This document shows positions 9,437-24,004 of a DNA stretch of 64,000 bases, piece after piece. The stretch is taken from assembly GCA_043809245.1 (NCBI GenBank), contig JAZDDZ010000042.1, forward strand, positions 1-64,000. Reading direction: 5' to 3'. The notes beneath the pieces were generated by a model. It worked only from the letters and a program-made list of their open reading frames with translations, made no database searches and had not been told where the DNA came from. The stretch comes from Candidatus Iainarchaeum sp. (lineage in GTDB: Archaea; Iainarchaeota; Iainarchaeia; Iainarchaeales; JAZDDZ01). Position 1 is the first letter of the stretch, and the number at the start of each line of letters is the position of its first letter. The translations under genes and the position numbers were made by a program.

Positions 9437-9969
9437 AACGCATGAACAAAATATTAGTTATTTCAATAATTTTTACCATTTTATTAAGTGGGTGTACGTA
9501 CGTTTCTAACCAGCCGGTTGACCAAGAATTTATCCTAAATTCTTCCGAACTAAACTCAATAGGCATCTCATTTTATAATTCTCCAACGGTAAAGAAAGAG
9601 GGCTTGTTGTTACTCGATGAAAAGGAAGTATACAAAATTAGTATAAATTTTAAGGACGACTCAAAAAAACTAGAATATTTCATTGAATCCGATATTGATG
9701 AATCTGTTGCTAAAACAGCGCATGAGCAATATAAATCCGCTGTCGAGCAATTTCCAAATATTATCCTTGAGAAAAACAGCTTCGGAGACGGTTCAATCAC
9801 TGTTTTAGCGCCCGATGATAAAAATTCTTCTGAATATGAGTGGATTGTTAGCCAGGTAAGAAAAGATAATAAAATAATAATGCTATTTGTTTTTCCGAAA
9901 GATAAAATTGATTTTGAAAAAACTAAAAAAATTATTAAAATCCTGATTGAGAAGGTGGAAGGAAAATAG
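9433..9969 (+). CDS. Putative lipoprotein
   Basis: Signal with LLSGC lipobox; AT-rich. Confidence 0.65.
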   Translation: MKRMNKILVISIIFTILLSGCTYVSNQPVDQEFILNSSELNSIGISFYNSPTVKKEGLLLLDEKEVYKISINFKDDSKKLEYFIESDIDESVAKTAHEQYKSAVEQFPNIILEKNSFGDGSITVLAPDDKNSSEYEWIVSQVRKDNKIIMLFVFPKDKIDFEKTKKIIKILIEKVEGK

Positions 9970-9973
9970 ATAG

Positions 9974-12796
9974 TCATTCCGCAAAAATCGCAGGCTTTAA
10001 CGGCAAAGCGTTTCCCGCTTTTTTTGCTGCTGCACCCGTTGCTTTTCCTGCTTCCTGCACTTCAACGGAGCAGCCGAATTCTTTTTCAAGGAAAGCCTTA
10101 TTTTCCTTCAGGAGCTTCGACTCGTCAATCTTTTTCTTTTCCCTGAAGTCAGGCGCCTTGTTCAACGCGCTTTTCGCAAAGCCTTCAACGCCTTTTCCCT
10201 GTTTTTTTATTTCAGCATCATTCATTAACAGCTTCATTGCCTCGCCGAAATTCGGCCTTTCAAGAGAGGAAAGCAGCTTCATTGCCTTCCACTTCCATTC
10301 AGGCGCAACCAGCAAAGTAAGCTTTTTTGGCTTTGCAATTTTTGCAAGCTCAAAAACCTTTCGCGCGTCCTCCAAAAGCCTTTCAATCATCCGCTCGGCC
10401 TCAATTGAGGATGCATCAATTTTCTTTTCATCGGCTTCAGGCCAATGGGCAAGCGAAATAAAGCCTTTTTTTCCGAGTTTCTCCCATGTTTCCTCACAGA
10501 CAAAAGGGCAGAACGGGGCAAGCAATAAGAGCTGCGCTTCAATTGCCTTTGAAAGAATCTTTTTATCGGGTTTTCCGCTGGTGCGGCGCAAATACCACTT
10601 TAACGCCCTGCTTAAATCAAAGAAAATATGCTGCAAAGCGGACTTGAACATTGCCTCATCACAATAATTTTCAGCCTTCAGCGTTATTTCATTCAATTGC
10701 GATTCCATCCACTTGTCAATTGACCTTTCCTCTGAAAAGCCTTTGCCAAACCATTCCAGGCAGAATTCATGCAATTGCTCTAACTTTGGCTTCATTGCCT
10801 TTGCCAGTTCTATTTCAAAGTTAGCGTCATCCAATCCCTCTCCGCCTGAAAGCACCGCAAACCTTGCGGCGTCAGCTGAAAACTTTGCGGGAATGTCCTT
10901 GAGCAAAATAAAGTTGCCCTTGCTTTTGCTCATTTTTTCGCCGTTAACAGTAACCCATCCGTTAACGCCAATGCCTTTCGGCCAGTGTTTTTCGGGGAAA
11001 ACCGCCACGTGATTGAACAGGAAAAAAGTCAAATGGTTTTGCACCAAATCCTTTCCGGAATTCCTGAAGTCAAGGGGATACCAGTATTCAAATTCTTTTC
11101 TGAATTCCTCCCATTCCTTTTTTCCTTTTCCCTTTCCAAGCAAAACATAGTCAAAGAAATTGTCGTCGATTTTTTCAACCTGGATTTCCTTAAGGCGGTG
11201 TGCCATCGTATAATACGCCATGTAAATCGTTGAATCGGATAATGATTCAATGAGCCATTTTTCGTCAAACGGAAGCCTTGTGCCCAAACCGTATTCCCTT
11301 GAACACGCCCAGTCATTCAGCCAGTCAATCACGTAATTGAATTGCGCCCTCACTGTCTCAGGGTAAAGTTTTACCTTCTCAAGCGCCTTATGAACCCCCT
11401 TTTTCCATTTCTCATCGCCGTACTTTACAAACCATTGGTCTGTTACAACTTTCACAGTGCATTCAGCCAGGCTCCTGCTCACAACCTTTCCCGTTAACTC
11501 GTAAAACATCACTGCTTCGCCTGCCTCTGGAAGCTCTTTTTTCAGCGCAGCCTGGCATTCCGGAACGCTTTTTCCCTCAAACCTGCCGCAGCGGTAATTC
11601 ATTTTTCCCTTTCTGAAAACGCGCCTGTTCAATTCGCCTTTTGCTTCCTCAAGCTGCTTCACATCTTTAAAAGATTTTACGCCGAATTCTTTTGCAATCT
11701 CATCCCCCAAATTTGAACCCATTCCAGGCACATTGATTATGTCAATTGGCTTCAGCGCCATTGTAATCTTTTCATCCAGATTGAATTTTTTCCTCAATTC
11801 AGGCGTGGACTGGATTTTATACAATTCAAGAAGGTCAACAGGGTCCTCTAACGCGGAGTAAACTATCCCAGAACCAACCGAGGCGTCAATGAAATCCGCT
11901 GGCAAAACGTATAGTTCCCTTTCAACTATCGGGCCTTTAACCCATTTTCCAATCAGTTCCTTTGGCTTTATTTCCCCAATCACTTTTGCCTTCATGAACT
12001 GGTTTTCAATTTTAAAGAAAGCCTTTTTGCCGACAACCCATTTTTCTTTGCCGACCTCTGCAATCACATACTCGCCTTTCGGGTCAATCCAAAGGTTTGA
12101 CTGGCCGTACAATGCGTCAGGCCTTGTTGTTCCAGCCATCAGTACAAGATCTGAATTCTTCATTCTGAATTTTGCCCACATAAAGTCCTGTGGCGTCTCT
12201 CCCTCTCCTTCAATCCTGTCATGGTCTCCAACAGGCAAGTTTGTTTTAGGGTCCCAAACCACTGGATGCTTTCCCTTAACCACCAAGCCTTTTTCTTTCA
12301 GTTTCCTGAACTGCCATCTTATGAATTTGTCATAATAAGGGTTCAAAGAAGTCGTAATGAAAGAGCGCCGCCAGTCAACGGAAAAACCCAGTGCCTTCAA
12401 ATCTTTTTCCGCTTCTTTTGGAAAAAAATTAACCCATTCCTCCGGCTTTCCGAATTTCGTTATTTCCGCTTCCTTGAAGCCCATGTCCTTCATCATCTGC
12501 CACTGCTTTGCCTCTTTCTCGCGGATTCTCTGCGCAGCGTTTTCTATCGGGCTGCCGGTGCAGTGCCATCCCTGCGGAAACAAAACATTGAAGCCTTTCA
12601 TTCTCTTGTAGCGGCTGAATGATTCAACGCGCATTGAAGTGTAAAAGTGCCCGATGTGCATGAATGCATTCATGTAAGGGTATGGAAAGGTCAGGAAAAA
12701 CTTTTTCTTTCCCTTAATGGGATTCGCTTCAAAGGCTTTTTGCTCAAGCCAGCGCTTATTCCACTTTGCCTCAATTGAGGGAAAATCCAACGGCAT
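9974..12796 (-). CDS. leuS: Leucyl-tRNA synthetase (archaeal type)
   Basis: PYPYMN..HIGH, KMSKSKGN, SGKDLVQNHL, LPLKPAI. Confidence 0.97.
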   Translation of the reverse strand: MPLDFPSIEAKWNKRWLEQKAFEANPIKGKKKFFLTFPYPYMNAFMHIGHFYTSMRVESFSRYKRMKGFNVLFPQGWHCTGSPIENAAQRIREKEAKQWQMMKDMGFKEAEITKFGKPEEWVNFFPKEAEKDLKALGFSVDWRRSFITTSLNPYYDKFIRWQFRKLKEKGLVVKGKHPVVWDPKTNLPVGDHDRIEGEGETPQDFMWAKFRMKNSDLVLMAGTTRPDALYGQSNLWIDPKGEYVIAEVGKEKWVVGKKAFFKIENQFMKAKVIGEIKPKELIGKWVKGPIVERELYVLPADFIDASVGSGIVYSALEDPVDLLELYKIQSTPELRKKFNLDEKITMALKPIDIINVPGMGSNLGDEIAKEFGVKSFKDVKQLEEAKGELNRRVFRKGKMNYRCGRFEGKSVPECQAALKKELPEAGEAVMFYELTGKVVSRSLAECTVKVVTDQWFVKYGDEKWKKGVHKALEKVKLYPETVRAQFNYVIDWLNDWACSREYGLGTRLPFDEKWLIESLSDSTIYMAYYTMAHRLKEIQVEKIDDNFFDYVLLGKGKGKKEWEEFRKEFEYWYPLDFRNSGKDLVQNHLTFFLFNHVAVFPEKHWPKGIGVNGWVTVNGEKMSKSKGNFILLKDIPAKFSADAARFAVLSGGEGLDDANFEIELAKAMKPKLEQLHEFCLEWFGKGFSEERSIDKWMESQLNEITLKAENYCDEAMFKSALQHIFFDLSRALKWYLRRTSGKPDKKILSKAIEAQLLLLAPFCPFVCEETWEKLGKKGFISLAHWPEADEKKIDASSIEAERMIERLLEDARKVFELAKIAKPKKLTLLVAPEWKWKAMKLLSSLERPNFGEAMKLLMNDAEIKKQGKGVEGFAKSALNKAPDFREKKKIDESKLLKENKAFLEKEFGCSVEVQEAGKATGAAAKKAGNALPLKPAIFAE

Positions 12797-12831
12797 AATA
12801 GGAAATAAAGGCTGTAAAAGGATTAAAAAGA

Positions 12832-13698
12832 TTAAGATGGCGTTACAGTAACTTGGTATACATCCAAAGCGTTGTTATCGCTTATTGCCCGAATTATGCT
12901 GAATTCATCGGAATAAACCGCATTGCTGTCAGCACAACTAGCCTGGCTTAAAGGCTCCCCTTCAACGCATCCAACAGAGTAATCAACCCTTACCTTTAAT
13001 CCACCCAAGCCCCAGCTTTCCCCAACGGTTTCCTCAAAGGTTTTTGTTTCCCCGCCTGCAATCTTTAATGCATAGCCTTCCCAAATGCATTCCTTTTGGT
13101 TAACCGGCTCCCAATCGTTCCCAATGCAGTCAGACTCAGTTAAACAATCAGTTTGTCTGCCTATTGTATACTCGTTGCATCCCGGCAAAAAAATGCCTTC
13201 ATTAGAGTCATTTGCAATGAAAACAGTTATTTTTTCACCGACTGAATATTCGTTTTTATCCGTTAAAACAGAAACCGCGCCCACGAGAGAATGCATCGGA
13301 TTTTGCTCCAGCCATCCAAGAGAAAGCATTTTCTCCCTGTTTTTCGCTTCAACGGTTGCCTTTATTGTGTCGCCATTAGAACAGCTGCACGCCATGCACA
13401 CAGTAGTTCCTGGCGGCGCTGGAATTACTTCAACCTTGATGATTTCAATTTTTTCAACCAGCGAATAATAATCCTTTACCAACTCTTCTTCTGTCGGCGC
13501 CTTAAGGTAATTCACCGCGCCGGAATCATACCATTGTTCCCAAGGATTGCCACGACATTGAATTGGGGAATAATAAACCGTTGCGGTTGTGCTTGGAGGC
13601 GGCGGAAGGGGCTTTGGCTCAATGCATCCAAGCAAAAGCAGGAAAAGCAGCGAAAAAATTCCAATCGCAATAAAATCCTTTTTCTTCATCAAAACCAC
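12832..13698 (-). CDS. Cys-rich putative lipoprotein
   Basis: LLLGC lipobox, Pro-rich linker, IQCRGNPW, CMACSC, Ig-like segment TDKNEYSVGE. Confidence 0.7.
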   Translation of the reverse strand: MVLMKKKDFIAIGIFSLLFLLLLGCIEPKPLPPPPSTTATVYYSPIQCRGNPWEQWYDSGAVNYLKAPTEEELVKDYYSLVEKIEIIKVEVIPAPPGTTVCMACSCSNGDTIKATVEAKNREKMLSLGWLEQNPMHSLVGAVSVLTDKNEYSVGEKITVFIANDSNEGIFLPGCNEYTIGRQTDCLTESDCIGNDWEPVNQKECIWEGYALKIAGGETKTFEETVGESWGLGGLKVRVDYSVGCVEGEPLSQASCADSNAVYSDEFSIIRAISDNNALDVYQVTVTPS

Positions 13699-13820
13699 TT
13701 CAAATTAAACGCGAACACAATCAATGAAACCGCAAAGAAAACCAACTTGATGTTCATGTAAATAATTCGCTTTGAAATATATAAATCTGTTGTTTTATTG
13801 TAAGGCAAAAGCCTAACCAC

Positions 13821-15650
13821 TCATTCAAGAACAGCCTTGATTCTTCTCACACCCGCTGCAACCGCTTCCTCTTTCACTATCTTGAAATGCCCCATGCCCT
13901 TCAGGTTTTGCACGTGGGGACCGCCGCAAATCTCCTTGGAGAAAACCTCTTTTGTTTTCGGGTTGAAAACAGTGTAAACTTTTACCTTTTCACCGTACCT
14001 TGAATCAAAGACACCCATTGCCCCGCTTTTCTTTGCCTCTTCAACAGGCATTATCTCCATTTTCACTTCAAAGCCTTCGCGGATTTTTTCATTAATCAAG
14101 TCCTCGGCTTGCTTCAGTTTTTCAGCGGGCACTTTTTCAGGATTGGGAAAATCAAACCTCAACCGTTCAGCTGTGATGTTAGAGCCCTTCTGGAAAACAT
14201 GTTCGCCTAAAACCTTGCGGAGCGCTGCATTCAGCAAATGCGTTGCAGTGTGAAGTTTCGTTGTTTCCTCCTGCATGTCAGCCAAGCCACCCTTGAATTT
14301 GTGCTCAGCGCCCTTGCGCGAAAGCGCCTGGTGCTCTTCAAGCCGCTTGTCAAATTCCTTTTTGTCAACTGAAAGCCCTTTCTCGGAAACGATTTCCTGA
14401 GTTAATTCAAAGGGAAAGCCATGCGATTGGTATAAGTCAAATGCAAGCTTTGGGGGGAAAACCTTTTGCTTGGTTTTTGCAAGCGCTTCAATTTCCCTTT
14501 CAAGCAAATGCATTCCCTTTTCAATGGTTTCCTTGAACCTTGTTTCCTCGCAGTCAATCTCTGAATAAATTCGCTCTTTGTTTTTTCCGAGTTCAGGGTA
14601 AATTTTAGTAAACCTTTCAACAACTGTTTTCGCAAGCGCTGCAGTGAAGTTGTCACTGATGCCTAAATTCCTCGCATGCCTTATTGCGCGCCTGATTAGG
14701 CGCCTTAAAACATAGCCCTGCCCCACATTGCCTGGCGTAATGCCTTTCTCGTCGCCTAAAATGAATGTGGCTGTTCGCAAATGGTCTGTTATTATGCGCG
14801 CGGAAGCAATGTTTTCATTGAACAGTTTTTCACCGCAGAGTTCCTTGACTTTATCCATTGTGCCCTTCATTAAATCAGTTTCATAATTTGAATTCACTCC
14901 GTTAATCACCGCGCTTATGCGCTCCAAACCCATTCCAGTGTCAACGTTCTGCTGTTTAAGCGTTTCAAATGAGCCATCCGCTTTCTTGTTGTACTGCATG
15001 AACACGTCATTCCAGATTTCAACGAATTTTCCGCAGCCGCAGGAAGGATTGCAGTTTTCGCCCCTCTTTTTTCCCGCGGGCTTGCAGTGCGGCTTTCCCG
15101 TGTCATAAAACATTTCAGTGTCAGGACCGCATGGCCCTGTCTGCCCTGCCGGCCCCCACCAGTTCTCGCTTTTTGGAAAAAAATAAATGCGTTCCTCTGG
15201 AATCCCCAAACCGCGCCAGATGTCAGCTGACTCATTGTCTTTCGGCGCATCCTTGTCTCCTTCAAAGCAGCTCACGCTTAACTTGTTCACATCCAAGCCT
15301 AACCATTTTTTTGAGGTGAGAAATTCCAGGCTCATTTCAATTGCGCCTTTCTTAAAGTAATCCCCCAGGCTCCAGTTGCCCAGCATTTCAAAAAAGGTCA
15401 GATGCCATTGGTCGCCAACGGATTCAATGTCCCCTGTCCTAACGGATTTCTGGAAGTTCGCCAGCCTTTTTCCCTCGGGATGCGGTTCGCCTAAAAGGAA
15501 TGGGACAAGGGGATGCATTCCAGCGGTTGTGAAAAGTACTGTCGGGTCATTCTCCGGAATAAGCGAAGCGCTTGGAATTATCGCGTGCTTTTTTTCCTTA
15601 AAGAACTGCAAAAACTTTTTCCTTATCTCCTCTGGCGCCATTTTGTTCAT
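13821..15650 (-). CDS. alaS: Alanyl-tRNA synthetase, short form lacking C-Ala domain
   Basis: LFTTAGM, TFFEMLGN, DTGMGLER, HTATHLL, CGGPH, ends GVRRIKAVLE; GGAGG SD before ATG 15650. Confidence 0.97.
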   Translation of the reverse strand: MNKMAPEEIRKKFLQFFKEKKHAIIPSASLIPENDPTVLFTTAGMHPLVPFLLGEPHPEGKRLANFQKSVRTGDIESVGDQWHLTFFEMLGNWSLGDYFKKGAIEMSLEFLTSKKWLGLDVNKLSVSCFEGDKDAPKDNESADIWRGLGIPEERIYFFPKSENWWGPAGQTGPCGPDTEMFYDTGKPHCKPAGKKRGENCNPSCGCGKFVEIWNDVFMQYNKKADGSFETLKQQNVDTGMGLERISAVINGVNSNYETDLMKGTMDKVKELCGEKLFNENIASARIITDHLRTATFILGDEKGITPGNVGQGYVLRRLIRRAIRHARNLGISDNFTAALAKTVVERFTKIYPELGKNKERIYSEIDCEETRFKETIEKGMHLLEREIEALAKTKQKVFPPKLAFDLYQSHGFPFELTQEIVSEKGLSVDKKEFDKRLEEHQALSRKGAEHKFKGGLADMQEETTKLHTATHLLNAALRKVLGEHVFQKGSNITAERLRFDFPNPEKVPAEKLKQAEDLINEKIREGFEVKMEIMPVEEAKKSGAMGVFDSRYGEKVKVYTVFNPKTKEVFSKEICGGPHVQNLKGMGHFKIVKEEAVAAGVRRIKAVLE

Positions 15651-15693
15651 GAAAAAATACCTCCAAAAAAACAATTAAAAAGAGGCGTTTTGC

Positions 15694-15795
15694 TCAGGCT
15701 CGTGCCGGCAAAGCGCTGCCTTCAGCGAAGGCGAAGTGCACTGCTTCCGCCGTACATGCGAAAAAGAACTTAATTGCTTTTTTCAGCGAAAGCAT
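15694..15795 (-). CDS. Putative Ala-rich leader peptide of alaS (33 aa)
   Basis: Manual translation MLSLKKAIKFFFACTAEAVHFAFAEGSALPARA*, 9 Ala codons; TATA ~25 nt upstream; hairpin and T-tracts follow. Confidence 0.55.
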   Translation of the reverse strand: MLSLKKAIKFFFACTAEAVHFAFAEGSALPARA

Positions 15796-15855
15796 AGGAA
15801 AGAAAGAGATGGAAATCGTTTAAATAGCTTGCTTTTTTATGTATTAATTGGGCTT

Positions 15856-16920
15856 ATGGCAGAAATTGTTAATGCGCGGTCAAAGAAAGGCGGAATGCCT
15901 CCAGGCAGCATTGTGTTTGTCGGGGAAAAAAAATGCGAAAAGGCGCGCATAACAATAATGGACTATGACCTGGAAAAACTTGAGGAAAAGGAAGCGAAAA
16001 AAGTTGAGGAATGCTTTGAATTCAAGGAAAAGCCAAGCGTTTCATGGATTAACGTAAGCTGCGTGCACGAAACCGATGTCATTGAAAAAATCGGCAAACA
16101 ATTCGGAGTCCACCCCCTTATTTTGGAGGACATTGTCAACACAAAGCAGAGGCCCAAAATAGAGGACATGGGAGACTACGCTTACATTGTTTTCCGCGTG
16201 CTTTCCTTTGATGAAAAAAACAACAGGATTTTATCAGAGCAGATAAGCATTATTCTCGCGCAGAATTTTTTGATTTCATTCCAGGAAACACCCAATGACC
16301 CCTTTGACCCAGTAAGGCAGAGGATAAGGGAAGGAAAGGGAAGGCTCAGGAAACTGGGAACAGATTACCTTGCATACGCATTGATTGACGCCACGGTTGA
16401 CAACTATTTCCTCATACTTGAAAAACTCGGGGAAAAAATCGAAAGGTTAGAGGAAAAAATTGTTGTGAACCCGAAACCTGAAACGCTTAAAGCCGTGCAT
16501 TCACTTAAAAGGGAAATGATTTATTTGCGCAAATCAGTGTGGCCTTTAAGGGAAGTCATAAGCGGAATGAACAGGAGTGAATCAACGCTGATTTCCCGTG
16601 AAACAGGAATTTACTTAAGGGACGTGTACGACCACACAATTCAGGTCATTGACACAATTGAAACATTCAGGGACATGCTCTCGGGAATGGTTGACGTTTA
16701 CCTTTCAAGCGTAAGCAACAAGCTAAACGAAATAATGAAAGTGCTCACAATCATAGCGACAATATTCATCCCATTAACGTTCGTTACAGGAATTTACGGG
16801 ATGAACTTCCGCTTCATGCCGGAACTGGAAAGCCCTGTTGGCTACTACATAATACTTTTTGTGATGGCGTGCATTGGAATCGCAATGCTTTTCTATTTCA
16901 GGAAAAAGAAATGGATTTAA
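15856..16920 (+). CDS. corA: Magnesium/cobalt transporter CorA
   Basis: HPLILEDI, QRPK, GIYGMNF signature, MPEL; ATG 15856. Confidence 0.96.
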   Translation: MAEIVNARSKKGGMPPGSIVFVGEKKCEKARITIMDYDLEKLEEKEAKKVEECFEFKEKPSVSWINVSCVHETDVIEKIGKQFGVHPLILEDIVNTKQRPKIEDMGDYAYIVFRVLSFDEKNNRILSEQISIILAQNFLISFQETPNDPFDPVRQRIREGKGRLRKLGTDYLAYALIDATVDNYFLILEKLGEKIERLEEKIVVNPKPETLKAVHSLKREMIYLRKSVWPLREVISGMNRSESTLISRETGIYLRDVYDHTIQVIDTIETFRDMLSGMVDVYLSSVSNKLNEIMKVLTIIATIFIPLTFVTGIYGMNFRFMPELESPVGYYIILFVMACIGIAMLFYFRKKKWI

Positions 16921-16929
16921 AAAAAAATT

Positions 16930-17266
16930 GGGCAGCGGGCTGTAAGCCGCCTTCTGTAACAGCCGCCCCGAAAGGCCGCCTCAAAAAAGAGGCTTTAACT
17001 GTTTGCCGGCATTCGCCTTAGCGCACTACAGTGCTTGCACTCCCCGCAGCTTTGAACTGCGTTTCAACCACAGGCGCGTTTCAACCGAGTGAACGGTGTC
17101 GTTTCTGTTCCCGTGGACTCCTTTTCAAGAGTGATTTTATTCCTGCCAATGTGATGCAAGAGAATAGCGAACTATTTTCTTACGCATCCCATTGTCATTA
17201 GAGTGGGCGGACTTTCCTCACTTCAAACCCTTTGCAGGGGAAGCGTTAGCCGACCACCCGCTACCC
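16930..17266 (-). ncRNA. rnpB: RNase P RNA
   Basis: Minus strand GAGGAAAGTCC and ACAGAAGGCGGCTTA conserved P4 strands; terminal stem GGGTAGCGGG/CCCGCTGCCC. Confidence 0.92.
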
Positions 17267-17328
17267 TAATATAATAATGCAATTAGAAATTTATAAATGT
17301 TGTTATTACTTGGTAATGGGGGCCGTTT

Positions 17329-18204
17329 GTGAGAAAAAGACGCTGGAAGGGGCGCACTAAAAAAAGAGATAGAGGGCACCCCCGAAAAACCCTTTACGAG
17401 AAAAAACCTGAAGAAGCCAGATTCGTTGGCCTTGGAAAAGAGGCTGTCATTTACAGGTTGCCGGGTAAAGGTGTCGTGCATAAATACTGGAGGCAAGCAT
17501 GGATTCTGGCCAATTATAAAATGCTTGATTCTAAGGGACTGCGCTATGAACAGGCTGCCCGAAGGGCGCAGAAAGGTTTTGAATCAGACATGCATGGACA
17601 CACAATAGAGAAAAAAGGGCACTCGTTTCACGGCCTCCCAATAAAAGAATTCGGCAAGATAACTTTTATCCTTTCTAAAACAACTGAAGATATTTTAAAA
17701 CGAGCCGGAAAGGTTGGCATACCTGTGCCTCGCATTGCAGAAACTATTCTCCACCCAAAACAGCCATTGTACATTTTAAAATTGAGCGACCTGTCAAAAG
17801 AAGGATGCGATATTATATCAGGGGAGCTATTATCCGACCCGAGAATACAGAGCGTAATATCAAACTACAGCGAATTGCAGAGGGCAATCAGAAGGGATAC
17901 AGCCAAACTTTATGAACTTGGATATGAACAGGATATTGATTTGCACCCGCCAAATTCTGCATGGCTTATAAGGATAAATAAAAAAACAGGAAAAGCAGAA
18001 AGATTCTTATGGGATGCCACAAACCTAAAATCTGTAAAACCACATTACACTTCTTCAGAGATAATTAAAGTCATTGCAGATGAAGCAAAGAAAAACCCTA
18101 TAGCTGCATTAAAACACCTGCAAACATTGAGCCTGCAACAAAGCACAAAAGAGGCAATAAGGAGACTTGTGGAAAGAAAAACTGGAATAAAATTAAATGA
18201 ATAA
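17329..18204 (+). CDS. Hypothetical protein with protein-kinase-like features
   Basis: VGLGKEAVIY glycine loop, VHK, GIPVPRI, DLHPPN and FLWD; highly basic N-terminus. Confidence 0.55.
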   Translation: MRKRRWKGRTKKRDRGHPRKTLYEKKPEEARFVGLGKEAVIYRLPGKGVVHKYWRQAWILANYKMLDSKGLRYEQAARRAQKGFESDMHGHTIEKKGHSFHGLPIKEFGKITFILSKTTEDILKRAGKVGIPVPRIAETILHPKQPLYILKLSDLSKEGCDIISGELLSDPRIQSVISNYSELQRAIRRDTAKLYELGYEQDIDLHPPNSAWLIRINKKTGKAERFLWDATNLKSVKPHYTSSEIIKVIADEAKKNPIAALKHLQTLSLQQSTKEAIRRLVERKTGIKLNE

Positions 18205-18252
18205 AAGCTTTTTTTAACAGCGTTATGCTAGCAAGTAGTTGAAAGCTTTTAT

Positions 18253-21401
<3,149 letters not shown>

Positions 21402-21622
21402 CACAGAAAAACACGAATCCTTAAAAGGAAACCCTGTTTTTTCCTGTAAAGCCTTCCCGTAAAGAAAAACTCTTTGCGGTGTCCTACCAAATTAATTTTC
21501 CTGCCGGGCAAGAATCCGAAGATCGCCTTGCCAAGCAAGATTTTTGATAAGCAAAAATTTTGTAACGGTGAAATTTTTTCGTTTCTTTTGGTAAAGCTTT
21601 TCTTTCCCAAAGAAAAGGTTTT

Positions 21623-21695
21623 TGGACTGAGGGGGGCTCGAACCCCCGGCCTCCTCGTTGCAAACGAGGCGATCTACCAACTGATCTATCAGCCC
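21623..21695 (-). tRNA. tRNA-Ala(TGC) in rRNA spacer
   Basis: GGGCTGA/TCAGTCC acceptor with G3-U70, anticodon loop TTTGCAA, TTCGAGC T-loop. Confidence 0.95.
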
Positions 21696-21881
21696 AGCGC
21701 AGTGCAAGGCTGAATAGCCGTTTTTCGCCAAGCAGTTTTTCTGCCAGTTGCAACCGCGAAAAAAAATTTCACCTTTTTTGAAAGCATTTGAGTTTTGAGT
21801 TTTTTTTGAATTGAGTGCATTTTTGGGTTCAGGAAAAGACGCAGGGTGCCGAAGCACCCTGCATTTTTCCCAAAATTTTGA

Positions 21882-23371
<1,490 letters not shown>

Positions 23372-24004
23372 TAATTCGGTTACGTTGATTCCTCAACTAA
23401 CACAGTGTGATACCGCAACAGCTTTTGATTACTTCATTCGTGGAATTGGCTTTTTGAATCAACTTCATTCGAAAATTTTTGGAAATTTTTTTTCTTTTCC
23501 TGAATTTCCCAATGCATTCAATTCAAATTTTCACTACAAAGAAAATTTTTGTTTTTCTTTGTCCAACTCAAATGCCTTCATCGCGCCAAAAAAAACTCTG
23601 GCGTTCACGTAACCGCAATCCAATGCGATGCAGACGCAGAAGCTTTGAAAGGCCTCTACAAATTCGATGCAGCGCATTGAATTCGATTAATTCAATGCAA
23701 TCAATGGCACGGCTCGCGCTATCGCACAAACCAACCATTTCGCTCGCTGAAAAATTGGGTTAATCCAGCGCGCTATTCGGCAACAATTTAAGCAAAGGCG
23801 AACCCTCACTTAAAACACTCCTTACGTTAGAAAACTGGTGTTTTTGAAAAATTATGCCTATATACTATAGTCCTTATCCCGTTTAAAAAGGTTTCGCCGA
23901 GGGGAGCCTTGTTTAATAACCTAAAAGCATAGGCCTGTGTTTAAAAAGTTAAAATAGGCAATCTGTTTAAAAAATCCCGACTAAATCGTTAACTCGCTAG
24001 ACAT

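Noticed and set aside
3879-12622. Long antisense ORFs opposite arg genes and leuS
   Set aside because: Shadow frames of well-supported genes
15736-15855. N-terminal extension of the corA ORF
   Set aside because: Covers the divergent promoter; ATG 15856 fits CorA and follows the TATA box
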